DNA from: Paraspadella gotoi
Lineage: Eukaryota > Animalia > Chaetognatha
Direction of reading: 5' to 3'
Length of the DNA stretch: 64,000 nucleotides
Assembly: GCA_051294375.1 (NCBI GenBank)
Contig: CM119271.1
Coordinates: forward strand, 1,048,721 to 1,112,720
Shown here: positions 13,105-25,894 of the stretch, piece by piece
Layout of the letters: every line of letters begins with the position of its first letter
Numbering within the stretch: position 1 is the first letter of the stretch
Position numbers and translations under genes: made by a program
Notes under the pieces: model-generated
The model's input: only the letters and a program-made list of their open reading frames with translations
What the model was told of the DNA's origin: nothing
The model's database searches: none

Positions 13105-14920
13105 GCGCGGAATTCTGCTGTCCACGACTTCACTTGATGTGGCTTAATAGTGTAGTGGTTAACAGGTGGGTAGCGGAGGCAGTATGAAATTCTTCTGCTG
13201 TCCCACCTTACTGATGGCTTCGATAGTGTAGGTGGTTTACAGGTGGGCGTAGCGAGGCTGGTATGCAAGATTTCTTCGATTGCCGCTCTGGTCCCCCCAA
13301 CCCGGGGAGCTTACTATGAGGCTTCATAGATGTAGTGGTTACAGGGTGGGTAGCGAGGCATGTATCGAAATTTTCTGGCTTCCACCTGTACTATGTGGCT
13401 TCATAGTGTAGTTCGGTTACAGGTGGGGTAGCGCAGCAGAGGGTCTGATGAAATTTTCTGATGCTGTCCACCTTACTATGGCTTCATAGTGTAGTGGTTA
13501 CAGGTGGGTAGCGAGCGCTGGTAGTGAAGATTTCTGCTGTCGCACCTTACTAATGGGCTTCTAGTGTAGTTTGGTTAACAGGTGGGTAGCGAGGCTGTAT
13601 GGATTTTCTGCTGTACCACCTTACTATGGCTTCAATAGTGTAGGTGGGTTACGGAGGGTAGCGAGCTGTATGAAAATTTTCCTGCGTCGCACCTACTATG
13701 GCTTCATAGTGTAGTGGGTTACAGGTGGGTAGCGAGGCGTATGAAATTTTCTGCTGTCCAACCTTACTAATGGCTTCATAGTGTAGTGGTTACAGGTGGG
13801 TGTAGCGAGGCTGTAATGAAGATTTTTCTGCATTCCACCTTACTATGGTTCATAGTGTAGTGGTTACAGGTGGGTAAGCGGGAGGCTGTATGAATTTCTG
13901 CTGTCCACCTTTTATATGAGGCTTCCATCATAGTGTAGTGGTTACGGTGGGTAGCGAGGCTGTATGAAATTTTCTGCTGGTCCAACCTTACTATGGCTTC
14001 ATCGTGTAGGTGGGTTACAGGTGGTAGCGAGGCTGTATGATTTTCTGCTGTCGCACCTTACTATGGCCATAGTGTACGTGGTTACAGGCTGGTAGCAGCG
14101 AGGCTGTAATGAAAATGTTACTGCTGTCGCACCTTACTAATGGCTTCATGGTGTCAGTGGTTAAGGTGGGTAGCGAAGGCTTGTATGAAATTTTCTGAGC
14201 TTACACCTTACTATGGCTTCATAGTGTATGGTTTACAGGTGGTTGCGAGGCTGTATGGAGAGATTTTCTGCTGAGTCGGGCACCTTCACTATGAGCTTCA
14301 TAGCTGTAGTGGTTACAGGTGGGAGTGGCGAGGCTGTACTGAAATTTTCTGCTGTCGCACCTTAACGTGATGGCTTTCATAGTGTAGGTGGTTACAGGTG
14401 GGATAGCGAGGCTAGTATGAAATTGTTCTGCTGTCCAACCTCTTAACTATGGGCTTCATAGTGTAGTGGTTACAGGTGGGGTAAGCGGAGGCGTTGAAAT
14501 TTTCTGCTGTCCACCTTACTATGGCTTCATAGTGTGCGTGGTTACATGGTGGGATTGAGCGAGGCTGGTATCGAATTTTCTGGGCTGTCCACCTTACTAT
14601 GGGCTTCATGAGTGGTAGTGGTTCCAAGGTGGTAGCGAGAGCTGTATGAAATTTTCTGCTGTCCACACTTACTTCGGCTTCATGTGTACGTGGTTACAGT
14701 CGGGTAGGCGTGAGGCTGTAATGAAATTTCTGGCTGTCACCTTCTACTGGCACTTCACTAGTTTAGTGGTTGACAGGTGGGTAACGAGGCTGCTATGAAA
14801 ATTTGTCTGCTGTTCCGACTATACTAGGCTTCATAGTGTAAGGTAGGTTACAGCTGAGTGGGTTAGCGCGGCTGTATGAAATCTTTCTTGCTGTCCACCT
14901 TACTATGGGCTTCATTAGTG
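13105..14920 (+). repeat. 70-bp tandem array, ~25 noisy copies
   Basis: By-eye consensus CCTTACTATGGCTTCATAGTGTAGTGGTTACAGGTGGGTAGCGAGGCTGTATGAAATTTTCTGCTGTCCA. Copies are head-to-tail with no unique spacers, and the array ends at the insertion's right boundary. Confidence 0.95.
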
Positions 14921-17399
14921 CGCCCCCCGTTTCGGACGCCAGGGGTTGATGGAGGAACGTCTCTTAGCGGAAAAGGAAAAGATTTCTGTGGTGGAGGAAG
15001 GAGGAGGCAAGGAGGAGGAGGAAGAGTGCGACAGAGGAGAGTGGGCGGAAAGAAAAGTGATGAAACAAACAGAATCATGCGTTGACAGCTCACTATTCTG
15101 CCTCCGAATTTGAAAATTCGGTCAGAAATCATCGGGATCGATCAGTTCAACCGAGTTAACCAGCCATGTTTTCCCAAAAACGACCCATTATCAGATTAAA
15201 TTGCGAAGTTTAGGTTTTAAACGATTAGAGATAAAAATTGGTTAATCGAATTATGGTTAGGATTAAAAGTTCGGGATAGGTAGTTTAGTTGGCTAGATTA
15301 CGAGAATTATGGATTAGGTTAGGAGATTAAGTTAGGGATTAGGATTAAGGATTAAGCATCTGGAAAAGAAGATTAGAGTTGAATCTTAAGGTTATAATAA
15401 AGTTTAGGGGATTAGGGACACAAGTTGGGAGCCTTTAGAAAATAGGTGCCAGTTGATCACAGATTTCGAATTTTCCTTCGAGCCGAACACCAGAGTTGTG
15501 GGGAATCGACGCTTCCAACTGATTCTCCAACTCGGGGCCGACTCTGCAAAACAACAACATTCTCCACAGACCATTTTCCTCTTTGGAAAAACATGCGTCG
15601 GCCACCCTTTCCTCTTTTGGAACAACATTCCCTGCCACCCTGTTCTACTTTTGGAACAACATTCCCTGCACCCTTTCCTCTTTTGGAACAACATTAACGG
15701 CATCAAAATCTTTCTTCGCTGAGATGCGCGAAAAAGAATTCGGCTACCGATCAGTTCTTTCCTTTCCCGCGTCAATGTTTTGATACGGACCAGCGGATTC
15801 TCGTGCTCTCTTTCTCCTTCTCGACTCTCGTCTCTTCTCTACTCTCTCCTCTCCTCTCCATCTTCCTCCTTTCGCCCTCTCTCAGAATGCATTCAAGATT
15901 GACCTTGATTATTTTATACTCCAGTCATCGCGGAAGAGATTTTCATCTATATTCATCTATCATATTATCATCATCGCTTTTTTTTTTCTCTCTCTCCCCC
16001 TTGAGACAGGGATTGGGCGGTAGCGGGGCCGGTAAACAGAAGGACGAGGAAGCGGGGGGGAAGAGGAAGGGGCATCGAGGTTTGGGGGCGGCTAAGTGCT
16101 CTATGGCCGCCGAGGGGAAAGAACTCCCCTACGAGCAGACCTCTGCCACTTGCTGCGCGACCTTCTCCCCTAAAAGTGTAAAAAAGGGGCAGGACGATTT
16201 CTTAATGGACGAAACCAGTTACGATAATAAAAAAACTGGGCCGGGCGGGTAAGAAAAGAGATTTTGGACGGAGTTGGGCATGGGGGACGGGCAAGGGCAT
16301 TGATGGTCCAAAATTTGAAAGGATTAGATTTAAGGTTGAATGAAGATTTTTAAAAAGATTGGAAACAACTGTAAAGAATTTTTGGTGTATAATGAAACGT
16401 TTTCGCGGTTAGATTGATTTTAAAACATCATTCTCTGTCATGATTCAAGTCTTCCTTTATCTCCTGTTATTGATTGTATATCCTGTTATCGATTCTAAAA
16501 CCTCGTATTCTCTTCTTCACAATTATTTATGTATATAGGAGCAAAAGCTGCGAAAAAAAAAACCGTAGAAGATTATGACTTTTTTTCACTTTCGAGAGGA
16601 GAGAGGGGAAAAGGAGAGGGAGAAGAGGGATAGGGAAAGAGGAGGGAGGGAGAGAGAGGAAGGAGATCGGGATGGAGAGGGGAGAGAGAGGGAAATAGAG
16701 GGGAGAAGGAGGGGAAAGGAGGGATAGGAGAAGGGGAGGAGAGAGGGGAATCGGGAGAGGAGGAGGAGGGAAGGAGAAGAGAGGGGAGAGGGGAGCTAAG
16801 AGCGGGGAGTGGGGGGAGGAGGGCAAAGGAAGAAGAGAGGCGCTGCGGGAGAGAGAGAGAGAGGAGTGTGATGAAGAAAGAGGAAAGGACGAAAATGCGG
16901 AGTGGGAAAACCTTTTCTCGTGTAGTGATTTACGACCGTGAAGCGATTTTCGCTCAGCGGAATCAAGAGTTAAGTGAAATCGTCCCGTTTGACAACGGAT
17001 GTATCCCAGGATTCCATCTACGAGACTGACGTCAGAATAAAATGTGAATATTCAGGGATGCCGAATAATGACTTCACGGGTCAATAACTTTTACCGAGTC
17101 AGTCACGTAATTTACGTCAGTGTTAGAGATTGTAGGGCCTTAGCGATGTCGACTGAGAAAATCTTTATGAAATCATTTTGACAAAAAAGTTGTTTATAGC
17201 AGAGCTTTGCGCGACGCTCGCACTCAACTGCACACAGCTATTCTCTTCATTCGGAGCACAATAGTAGATGATATTGGTGGATGTTCTTGTTTAAGGTTAA
17301 GACATAAGGAAAGAATCTTCGTAAAAGCAGACAATATGTTTTTGGCAGCAATTCCACAGAGCGAGTCGCCACTCTCAAATTATCATTTATAAGCGGTTT

Positions 17400-17432
17400 A
17401 CTTACACACGGAGGGGGGAAGAAGAGAGAGAT
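17400..17432 (+). other. Garbled PacBio SMRTbell adapter-like sequence at a fold-back centre
   Basis: 'acttacacacggaggggggaagaagagagagat' resembles the 3' part of the read-orientation adapter ATCTCTCTCAACAACAACAACGGAGGAGGAGGAAAAGAGAGAGAT. It lies between inverted arms 'aaattatcatttataa' and 'ttataaatgataattt'. Confidence 0.75.
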
Positions 17433-20400
17433 TCTTGTTTTTTTTTATAAATGATAATTTTGAAGAGTGGCGACTCGCTCTGTGGAATGCTGCCAAAAAA
17501 TATTTGTTGCTTTTACGAGTATTTTTTTTCTTTATGTTCTTAACTAAACGAAAAACATCACCAATATTCATTCACTAGTCTTTGTCCCAAGAAAATACTT
17601 TTCATTTAGTATCTACGTCCCAAATCGCCATAAACAACTTTTCTTGTCAAATGATTCATAAGATTTTTCTCAGTCGACATCGCTAAGCCCGTTTTTGTAC
17701 AGAGCGTCAACACTGACGTAAATTACGTGACGTGACTCGTGAAAAGTTATGACGCCGTGAAGTCATTAGTGGCATCTTGAATATTCACATTTTATTTCTG
17801 ACGTCAGATCTCGCAGATGGAATTCCTGGGATCACATCCGTTTGTCAAATTCACGATTTCCTTAACTCTTGATGTCGTGAGGAAAATCGTTCACGTCGTA
17901 AATCACTAATGAAAAAGGTTTTCCACTCGCATTTCTCCCTTCCTCTTTCCTTCTCACACTTCCTCTCTTNNNNNNNNNNNNNNNNNNNNNNNNNCATTTT
18001 TTATATGTTCTCATCAACCTGGGGGAGGAACCGCCTTTTTGTGTGAACTCTCTCTCTCTCTCTCGTCTCTCTGCTTCTCCTGTCTCTCCTTTCTCTCTCT
18101 CTAAAAACGTTTTTTGTGAGAACGATTTGTTTGTAAAAAGTATTTGGAAGTGTAGGATGTTTTTTGTTTATGTGAAAAACAGTATTTATTAAATGAGTCA
18201 TAAAAGCAAGGAAGCATGCAACTTAAAATGGAACAGATATGTGTAATTTAGATGTGGATTAGTTTAAGTTCAATTTTTGGTGGTATTGTGCCTGACTTTT
18301 TTTATTATCATTACGGAATAGTTCGGATGAAAATTATTCATTAAGTTAACAGAGTATTTTTGTCGCCATTATCTAGACTGTAGAAAAAATAGCGTACTCT
18401 CTGTGTGACTTTTGTTGTTAGACTGAGTGCAAAGTAAAAGTTTCACCGTCCTACGCCGACGAAAGATTAATAACTCGACGAAAAGTTAAAAGGGCCGCCA
18501 CGGATGATTATCACATTTTTTTATGCTTGAGTGTTTGTAAACTATTACGAACTCATAGTAAATATATAGAATTGGCTTTCAGCGTTATTAGGTCGGACAA
18601 AGTTTATTGAGCAATGTCTCAATGTACAAAGCGATGGGAAATAATAATTTAGTCCCAACTGGTTTAAACGCGTGGGTTCGTCCTGGGTCGAAATCTGTAA
18701 AAAAAGGTAGAAAGAATAAATAACAATAAAAGTAACGTCTTCTTAAGAAAGGTGTCAACTGTAGTCTGGACACCTTAACTTTCGAAATCAAATAGAATAA
18801 TAGTACAAAAATCTCTGGATGAAGACAGACATTTACGGACACACGAGACGCCATGTAACGAAAAAGACAGGCGCGCAGGACGAACGGACCGGATAAAGTA
18901 CAAAAAATTCGTAAAGAATTTTAAGATGATTAATAAGGGAGCGGATCTTTTTCTCTGCTTTTGATCCTCACTTTTTGCTTCGTTAAACTATCATAGATCT
19001 AGTTTGCGCTTCAGCCAACAAACGTGATAGAGTTAATTGACCGGATTAACGGGGTTTCGTCAATTAGGCGGAGAGTTGCTGAGTGATGTGAGATCAGAGA
19101 GGAGAGAGGGAGGGAGGGGAGAGAGAGAGGAGAGAGGAGAAGAGAGAGAGAGGAGAGAGACGGAGAGAGAGAAGAGAGAGAGGAGTGATGAGAGAGAGAG
19201 AGTAAAAAAAAGCACCCCACAAAAAAAATGAGAAAGAGAGGATACTGTAACAAGGCACAGCCGCCCGTTATGGCACGTACGCCCGTCTGATCCGCAGGTC
19301 GGGTAATATTTCATCTCAAGCGCTTAAAAGGGGCCTTCGCTTCCTGCCGCGTTTCCTGCCCCGTGTTCGTGCCAAAGGAATGGAAAGACCGATAAATATT
19401 CCATCGCTAGTCGAAAAAAAAAGTGAAAAGTTGATTACGGAGGCAACGACGGAAGTCATAGCGAAGAAGCTTGGAATTAACGAGATCCGCTTAAAGAGTT
19501 TCTTTAAAATAAAAAAAAACAAACAATAACACGACCTCTATCACTTTATAGTTTCTCCAATATTATCGTTGGTTATTCACGGTTATAAACTTGAATGGTA
19601 CACGGAAGAGATAAAGCTTGAAATTAAATTAAGGACTTAAGAATTGGGAAGTACGAAAACGCGTTAAATGAAGCGGGCGATAAATTAAGCTACGAGAAAT
19701 AGTATGTAAAGATGTCTAGCTTCCTCGTTCAGTAAAACAAATGAGTGAAAAGTCAGAGTCGGAAAAGTGTAGAGCGAGACGAATAATTTGATTATCTAAT
19801 TTAGCTGAGTTATAGCTTTATTATTCGGGCGCGCGTTGCGTTTATTAAATATCAAAGATTTCCTACACGGTGGTTGAATTATCAAATTATTAAATAACAC
19901 ACTAATAAATACCATTTAGTATCTGGCAATAAAGGTATTAAAAGTCAACGGCTTTTACCTTATGAAATGTTTTTCTTGCAAAACTCTCAGGGGCAAAGAA
20001 TATCTCTCTCTCTTGTTTTTGTTTGTCCAATATGCGGATATGCCTTTCTGAGTCTCTCTCTCTCTCCTCTCTCTGCTCTCCTCTCCCTCTCTCTCTCTCC
20101 ATGTCTGCGTCTCTCTAGCGTACCCACCGCGGCGGCCACGAGCTCCATCTCTGCAAGGTCTCACGCCGTCGCCCGTCCTCGTCCCACGGCCCGCCCCTCT
20201 GCGCGAAGCCTCGGGCGGGTCCAGTGAGCGCGGCGCAGGGCGGATGTACGTCTGGCCCTGGCTATCTGGCTTCACGCCCCCCGCGGTCCGCGTCGCGGCG
20301 GCCGGTCGCGCCCCGCCCGCCGTTCACGGCCCCGCCTCTCTCTCTCTCTTCTCTCTCTGGTTCCGTTGCGGTTCGATTCGGCGATCAAAAAATGGTAGAG

Positions 20401-21636
20401 ATTTTCATCGCCCTCGGCCGCCGCGTACTGCCCCCCTGGCCGCTGCCGCCCCTGCCGCCGCCTGGCTGCCGCGCCGTGCCGCCGGCCGCTGCCCGGCCGC
20501 CCGCCGCCGCCGCTGCACCTCCGTCGTACGGCTCCCGGTTAAGGCAGAAAAGAAAGACGAAACGCAACTGTAAATAGTGGGAGGAGCAGGCGAAAGAGAG
20601 ATGGGGCGAGGAGCAGAAGAGAGAGAGAGAGAAGAGCAGGAGAGCAGTAAGACCGAGGAGAACGAACAAAAGTAAGTGAGTGAGAGAGGAGTGAGGAGGA
20701 TATGAATCTTATATCAGGCGCGTACCATCTCAAAAAAATTATAAATCACGGATGATTAAGTACGGGACAAGTGACCGTTAGTCTGGGCATACTGAGAAAA
20801 ATTGCTATTTGTTTAGTTTTGATTATTTTCTACCTCGTTAATTTTTTAAATTATATTGCTTCCTAGCTTTTTTTCTGCTAAAAGTAACAAAAAGTGAAAA
20901 TAAATTTATTAATCTTCTCTCATGAAATTATTTCCGAACAATATTGTCTAACTGCGCCCCCCTTTCTATTTCAACTCCCTATTCCTCATTTCAAACTCCA
21001 CTTATCCCTCCCAATTTCAACTCCCCCTGTTTCCTCATTGTCAACTCCGCCCCTTGTCTCAATGGTTCAACTCCCCCTTTTCTCAATTCAAATCTCCCCT
21101 TTCTCATTTCGCAACTCCCCCCTTATCTCATTTCACTCCCCTTATTCCTCAATTTCAAGGTCTCCCTTTCTCATTTCAAACCCCCCTTTCTCATTTCAAC
21201 TCTCGCCTTTCTCATATTCACTCCCCCTTTCCTCATTTCAAACTCTCCTTTGGCTGTGCAGCCTTTTCTCATTTCACTCCCCCCTTTCTCATTTCAACGT
21301 CTCCCCTATTCGTCTATTTCAACTCCCGCCTTTCTCATTTCAAACTCTCTCTCCTTTCTTCTCATTTCAACTGCTCCGCCCTTTCTTCTATTTCACTTCC
21401 CACCCTTTCTCATTTCAACTCGGTCCCCCTTTCCTCACAATTTCTAACTCCCGCCTTTCTGCATTTCAAACTCGCCCTTTCTCATTTCAACTCCTCCCCC
21501 TTAATCAATTTAAACTTCCCGCGCCCTTGTCTTCATTTCACTCCCCCTTAACTCATTTCAACTCCGCCCCTTTCTCATTTCCCGTCCCCCATAATTTTCT
21601 CATCAACCCCTCATCTCCCTTTCGCCCTGCCCCCCC

Positions 21637-22530
21637 CACAGTTCAGTGTAGTCCACACCGTGGAAAAGTCGATAGTCAGTCACTTTAGCGATTTCTAGTT
21701 GATTTTTGACAAATATCTTGTTCTTTAAATTCGCTTTGCCATTTCTATTTAAACGTTATGGTCGTTTTTTTGTCTTAGTACGGAATGTATTATTTTAGTC
21801 GCGGTCTCATTGCGGATGCAAATTGTTAATTTTGATTGCTGGTTTGGTTACCGTACAACATTATAGTCACGCTGCAGAATATAACTAATTTGTATTATAA
21901 GAACATAATAATTAGTTTAAATAATTCAACGTCAACAAGCTCCGTTGATGTGCGCTATGTGCTAGTCGTTGTCGCCTTGCTGACATATTATTTTTGTTGC
22001 ATTACGTTTCTTGTAGATGCAGTGAAGTCATTGCGAATATGCCAAGGGCATGGTGGCAGTATAGTTTGCGCAGCAATAGGTGCATTTAGAATGAAAATGA
22101 GCCTCCGCAGAGACTTTTCGTTAAGTTTGCAGCTTTAAGTTGTTCGGGAAGTAATGTGTAGCGGATCGGATGACTGAAATTTACGACTTTCAAAAGGGCA
22201 TATCCAAGTGGCTGGGTGGTGTCTGAGATGGGACGAATAGACGCCCATAGTTCGGTATTTTTTGGGCGGTATTTGTTTCGGTTATTGTTGTTAAGAAAGA
22301 AGAATCTGACTTGCAAGTAGACTAGTTTATGTAGAACATCCGAAATTTTTATTATTTCTATATAAATTAACTAAGAAGTTGCGGAAGGCGACGAAAGAGA
22401 GAGAAGGGAGAAAGAGCAGAGAGAAAAGAGAGAGAAGAGAGAGATAGAGAGAGAGAGAAAGAGAGACGAAGAGAATGAAGAGATGCGTAATATCAATCAG
22501 CCGCTGCTGTTTTTGACTAATCAGAACGAG

Positions 22531-22578
<48 letters not shown>

Positions 22579-25500
22579 GAGAGCAAGAAAGAGAGAGGGA
22601 GAGAAAGAGAAGAGAGAGAGAAAAAAAAAAAAAAAAAGCGAAAGAGAAAAGAGACGAGAGAGAGGGATCGAAGGCAGAGGGGATGACGCAGAGAGAGAGA
22701 TTCGGACTTTAAGCCGTGCTGCTTTTGGAGATAATATGAAGAGGAAAGAAGAGAGAAAGAGAGAGAAACAAGAGAAGAGAGAGAGGAGAACAGAGATAAA
22801 AGAAAAAATCTTAAAAAGAATAGGGAGTCGGAGCCTCCCTTCAAGGTGATAACCGAGACATCTAAATTCGGTGCGATGCTAACCGAATGATTGATAGCGA
22901 GATGATAACCCGAAGTTATGTGATGCGGAGTGATAACCAATAATCCTGATGCGATGGCCATAGACGCAAAATGATTCGATTTGTTATGATTAGCCAAATG
23001 ATTGATGGTGATTTATGAACAAATGGGTTTGATGCGGATGCAGCTAGTTCATTCTATGTGATGGTGGATGATAAATCATGTCATTGATAAGATGGATAGT
23101 CATTCATTGAGTCGATGATAGTCAATCTCATTGACTCAATGATCACTCGCACATACAATAACAAGCCAAAATGCGTGTTGTGTGTGAAAGATTAAGCAGA
23201 GAGAAGAAGGAGAGGAGAGATTGAAAGGAGGGAGAGAGAATGAAGTGAATATAATCCACCGGAAATGCTGCGGATGTGATTTTGGGAGTATTTTGCATTG
23301 AAGGAAAAAAATCGGGTCGAAATAGAATGGCGATGAATAACAGTTTTTAAAAAAGGAAAGAAAATATTCAATTTTTTTTAAAAAAAAGACGGATGCACGC
23401 AGAGGGAGATCGTAGCAGAGAGAGAGAGACAGAAAGAGAAAGACAGACAGAAAGCAGAGATAGCTTGGACCAGCCGCTGGAAGGCAGCTGCAACAGTCCA
23501 CTGGCATGACCTGCAACTTGTTTTATAAAGGTTTATGAAAAGCGCAGCACTGACGAAAGAATAGAGAAGAAAAATGTTTATATGATAATGTTAAAGAAAT
23601 AAAGAAAGGAAAAAAAATGTTACACATTGTTTACAATTGGAAATTTTTACATTTTTTAGTAATTGATCCTTTCTTAATAATTTGTTAACGTTGTAAATAA
23701 AGAAATTTTTCTGACCATGTATTTTGCATGGTATTTAAAACCTTTGGAGTAGTTTGTACTGATCGTAATGTCTGCAACTGGGATTTGTAGTATTTAATAC
23801 CTTTTTAAGAAAGTGAGAATAAAGTAAAGGATAAGATCTTAGGAAACTTACAGTGTTATACGAGATGACCATAATGTAATTTAGATAATCATTCTAGGAA
23901 TTAAATACCATAATAGGGAATTGAAGATACTTCAAAAGCAAAGGAATGAGAGTGGTATACTGCAATTAGCTTTGTCAATCAAACAAGTTCCAAGGATAAA
24001 GCTTTTTGCCTTAAATAGATAAAATCAAACAAATTATTGGAGGTTGGGTGGCGTTGGGTGGCTAATGCATGTAGAATAGCGCGGAATTCTGCTGTCCACG
24101 ACTTCACTTGATGTGGCTTAATAGTGTAGTGGTTAACAGGTGGGTAGCGGAGGCAGTATGAAATTCTTCTGCTGTCCCACCTTACTGATGGCTTCGATAG
24201 TGTAGGTGGTTTACAGGTGGGCGTAGCGAGGCTGGTATGCAAGATTTCTTCGATTGCCGCTCTGGTCCCCCCAACCCGGGGAGCTTACTATGAGGCTTCA
24301 TAGATGTAGTGGTTACAGGGTGGGTAGCGAGGCATGTATCGAAATTTTCTGGCTTCCACCTGTACTATGTGGCTTCATAGTGTAGTTCGGTTACAGGTGG
24401 GGTAGCGCAGCAGAGGGTCTGATGAAATTTTCTGATGCTGTCCACCTTACTATGGCTTCATAGTGTAGTGGTTACAGGTGGGTAGCGAGCGCTGGTAGTG
24501 AAGATTTCTGCTGTCGCACCTTACTAATGGGCTTCTAGTGTAGTTTGGTTAACAGGTGGGTAGCGAGGCTGTATGGATTTTCTGCTGTACCACCTTACTA
24601 TGGCTTCAATAGTGTAGGTGGGTTACGGAGGGTAGCGAGCTGTATGAAAATTTTCCTGCGTCGCACCTACTATGGCTTCATAGTGTAGTGGGTTACAGGT
24701 GGGTAGCGAGGCGTATGAAATTTTCTGCTGTCCAACCTTACTAATGGCTTCATAGTGTAGTGGTTACAGGTGGGTGTAGCGAGGCTGTAATGAAGATTTT
24801 TCTGCATTCCACCTTACTATGGTTCATAGTGTAGTGGTTACAGGTGGGTAAGCGGGAGGCTGTATGAATTTCTGCTGTCCACCTTTTATATGAGGCTTCC
24901 ATCATAGTGTAGTGGTTACGGTGGGTAGCGAGGCTGTATGAAATTTTCTGCTGGTCCAACCTTACTATGGCTTCATCGTGTAGGTGGGTTACAGGTGGTA
25001 GCGAGGCTGTATGATTTTCTGCTGTCGCACCTTACTATGGCCATAGTGTACGTGGTTACAGGCTGGTAGCAGCGAGGCTGTAATGAAAATGTTACTGCTG
25101 TCGCACCTTACTAATGGCTTCATGGTGTCAGTGGTTAAGGTGGGTAGCGAAGGCTTGTATGAAATTTTCTGAGCTTACACCTTACTATGGCTTCATAGTG
25201 TATGGTTTACAGGTGGTTGCGAGGCTGTATGGAGAGATTTTCTGCTGAGTCGGGCACCTTCACTATGAGCTTCATAGCTGTAGTGGTTACAGGTGGGAGT
25301 GGCGAGGCTGTACTGAAATTTTCTGCTGTCGCACCTTAACGTGATGGCTTTCATAGTGTAGGTGGTTACAGGTGGGATAGCGAGGCTAGTATGAAATTGT
25401 TCTGCTGTCCAACCTCTTAACTATGGGCTTCATAGTGTAGTGGTTACAGGTGGGGTAAGCGGAGGCGTTGAAATTTTCTGCTGTCCACCTTACTATGGCT

Positions 25501-25894
25501 TCATAGTGTGCGTGGTTACATGGTGGGATTGAGCGAGGCTGGTATCGAATTTTCTGGGCTGTCCACCTTACTATGGGCTTCATGAGTGGTAGTGGTTCCA
25601 AGGTGGTAGCGAGAGCTGTATGAAATTTTCTGCTGTCCACACTTACTTCGGCTTCATGTGTACGTGGTTACAGTCGGGTAGGCGTGAGGCTGTAATGAAA
25701 TTTCTGGCTGTCACCTTCTACTGGCACTTCACTAGTTTAGTGGTTGACAGGTGGGTAACGAGGCTGCTATGAAAATTTGTCTGCTGTTCCGACTATACTA
25801 GGCTTCATAGTGTAAGGTAGGTTACAGCTGAGTGGGTTAGCGCGGCTGTATGAAATCTTTCTTGCTGTCCACCTTACTATGGGCTTCATTAGTG
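21637..25894. mobile_element. Second assembled copy of the same 4.26 kb insertion
   Basis: Offset +10974 from 10663-14920 and part of the duplicated block; not an independent insertion. Confidence 0.7.
24079..25894 (+). repeat. 70-bp tandem array, duplicated copy
   Basis: Same array at offset +10974. Confidence 0.95.

Larger units (their letters stand above)
10663..14920. mobile_element. ~4.26 kb presence/absence insertion with CAC...GTG termini; probable non-autonomous DNA transposon, superfamily unresolved
   Basis: Left flank 'ctccctttcgccctgccccccc' and right flank 'cgccccccgtttcggacg' are directly joined in the inverted copy at ~30640-30680. Begins CACAGT and ends (CA)TAGTG. Extra C-rich bases at the filled site suggest a target-site duplication. 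Confidence 0.7.
7021..17969 (+). repeat. Copy A of ~11 kb tandem duplication (probable assembly artefact)
   Basis: The ORF track repeats with an exact offset of 10974 (7027/18001, 9920/20894, 14412/25386). Bounded by 25-N gaps at 6996-7020 and 17970-17994. Confidence 0.95.

Noticed and set aside
13105-14920. 70-bp array as a CRISPR array
   Set aside because: The whole unit repeats with no unique spacers, variation is random indel noise, there are no cas genes, and the context is eukaryotic.
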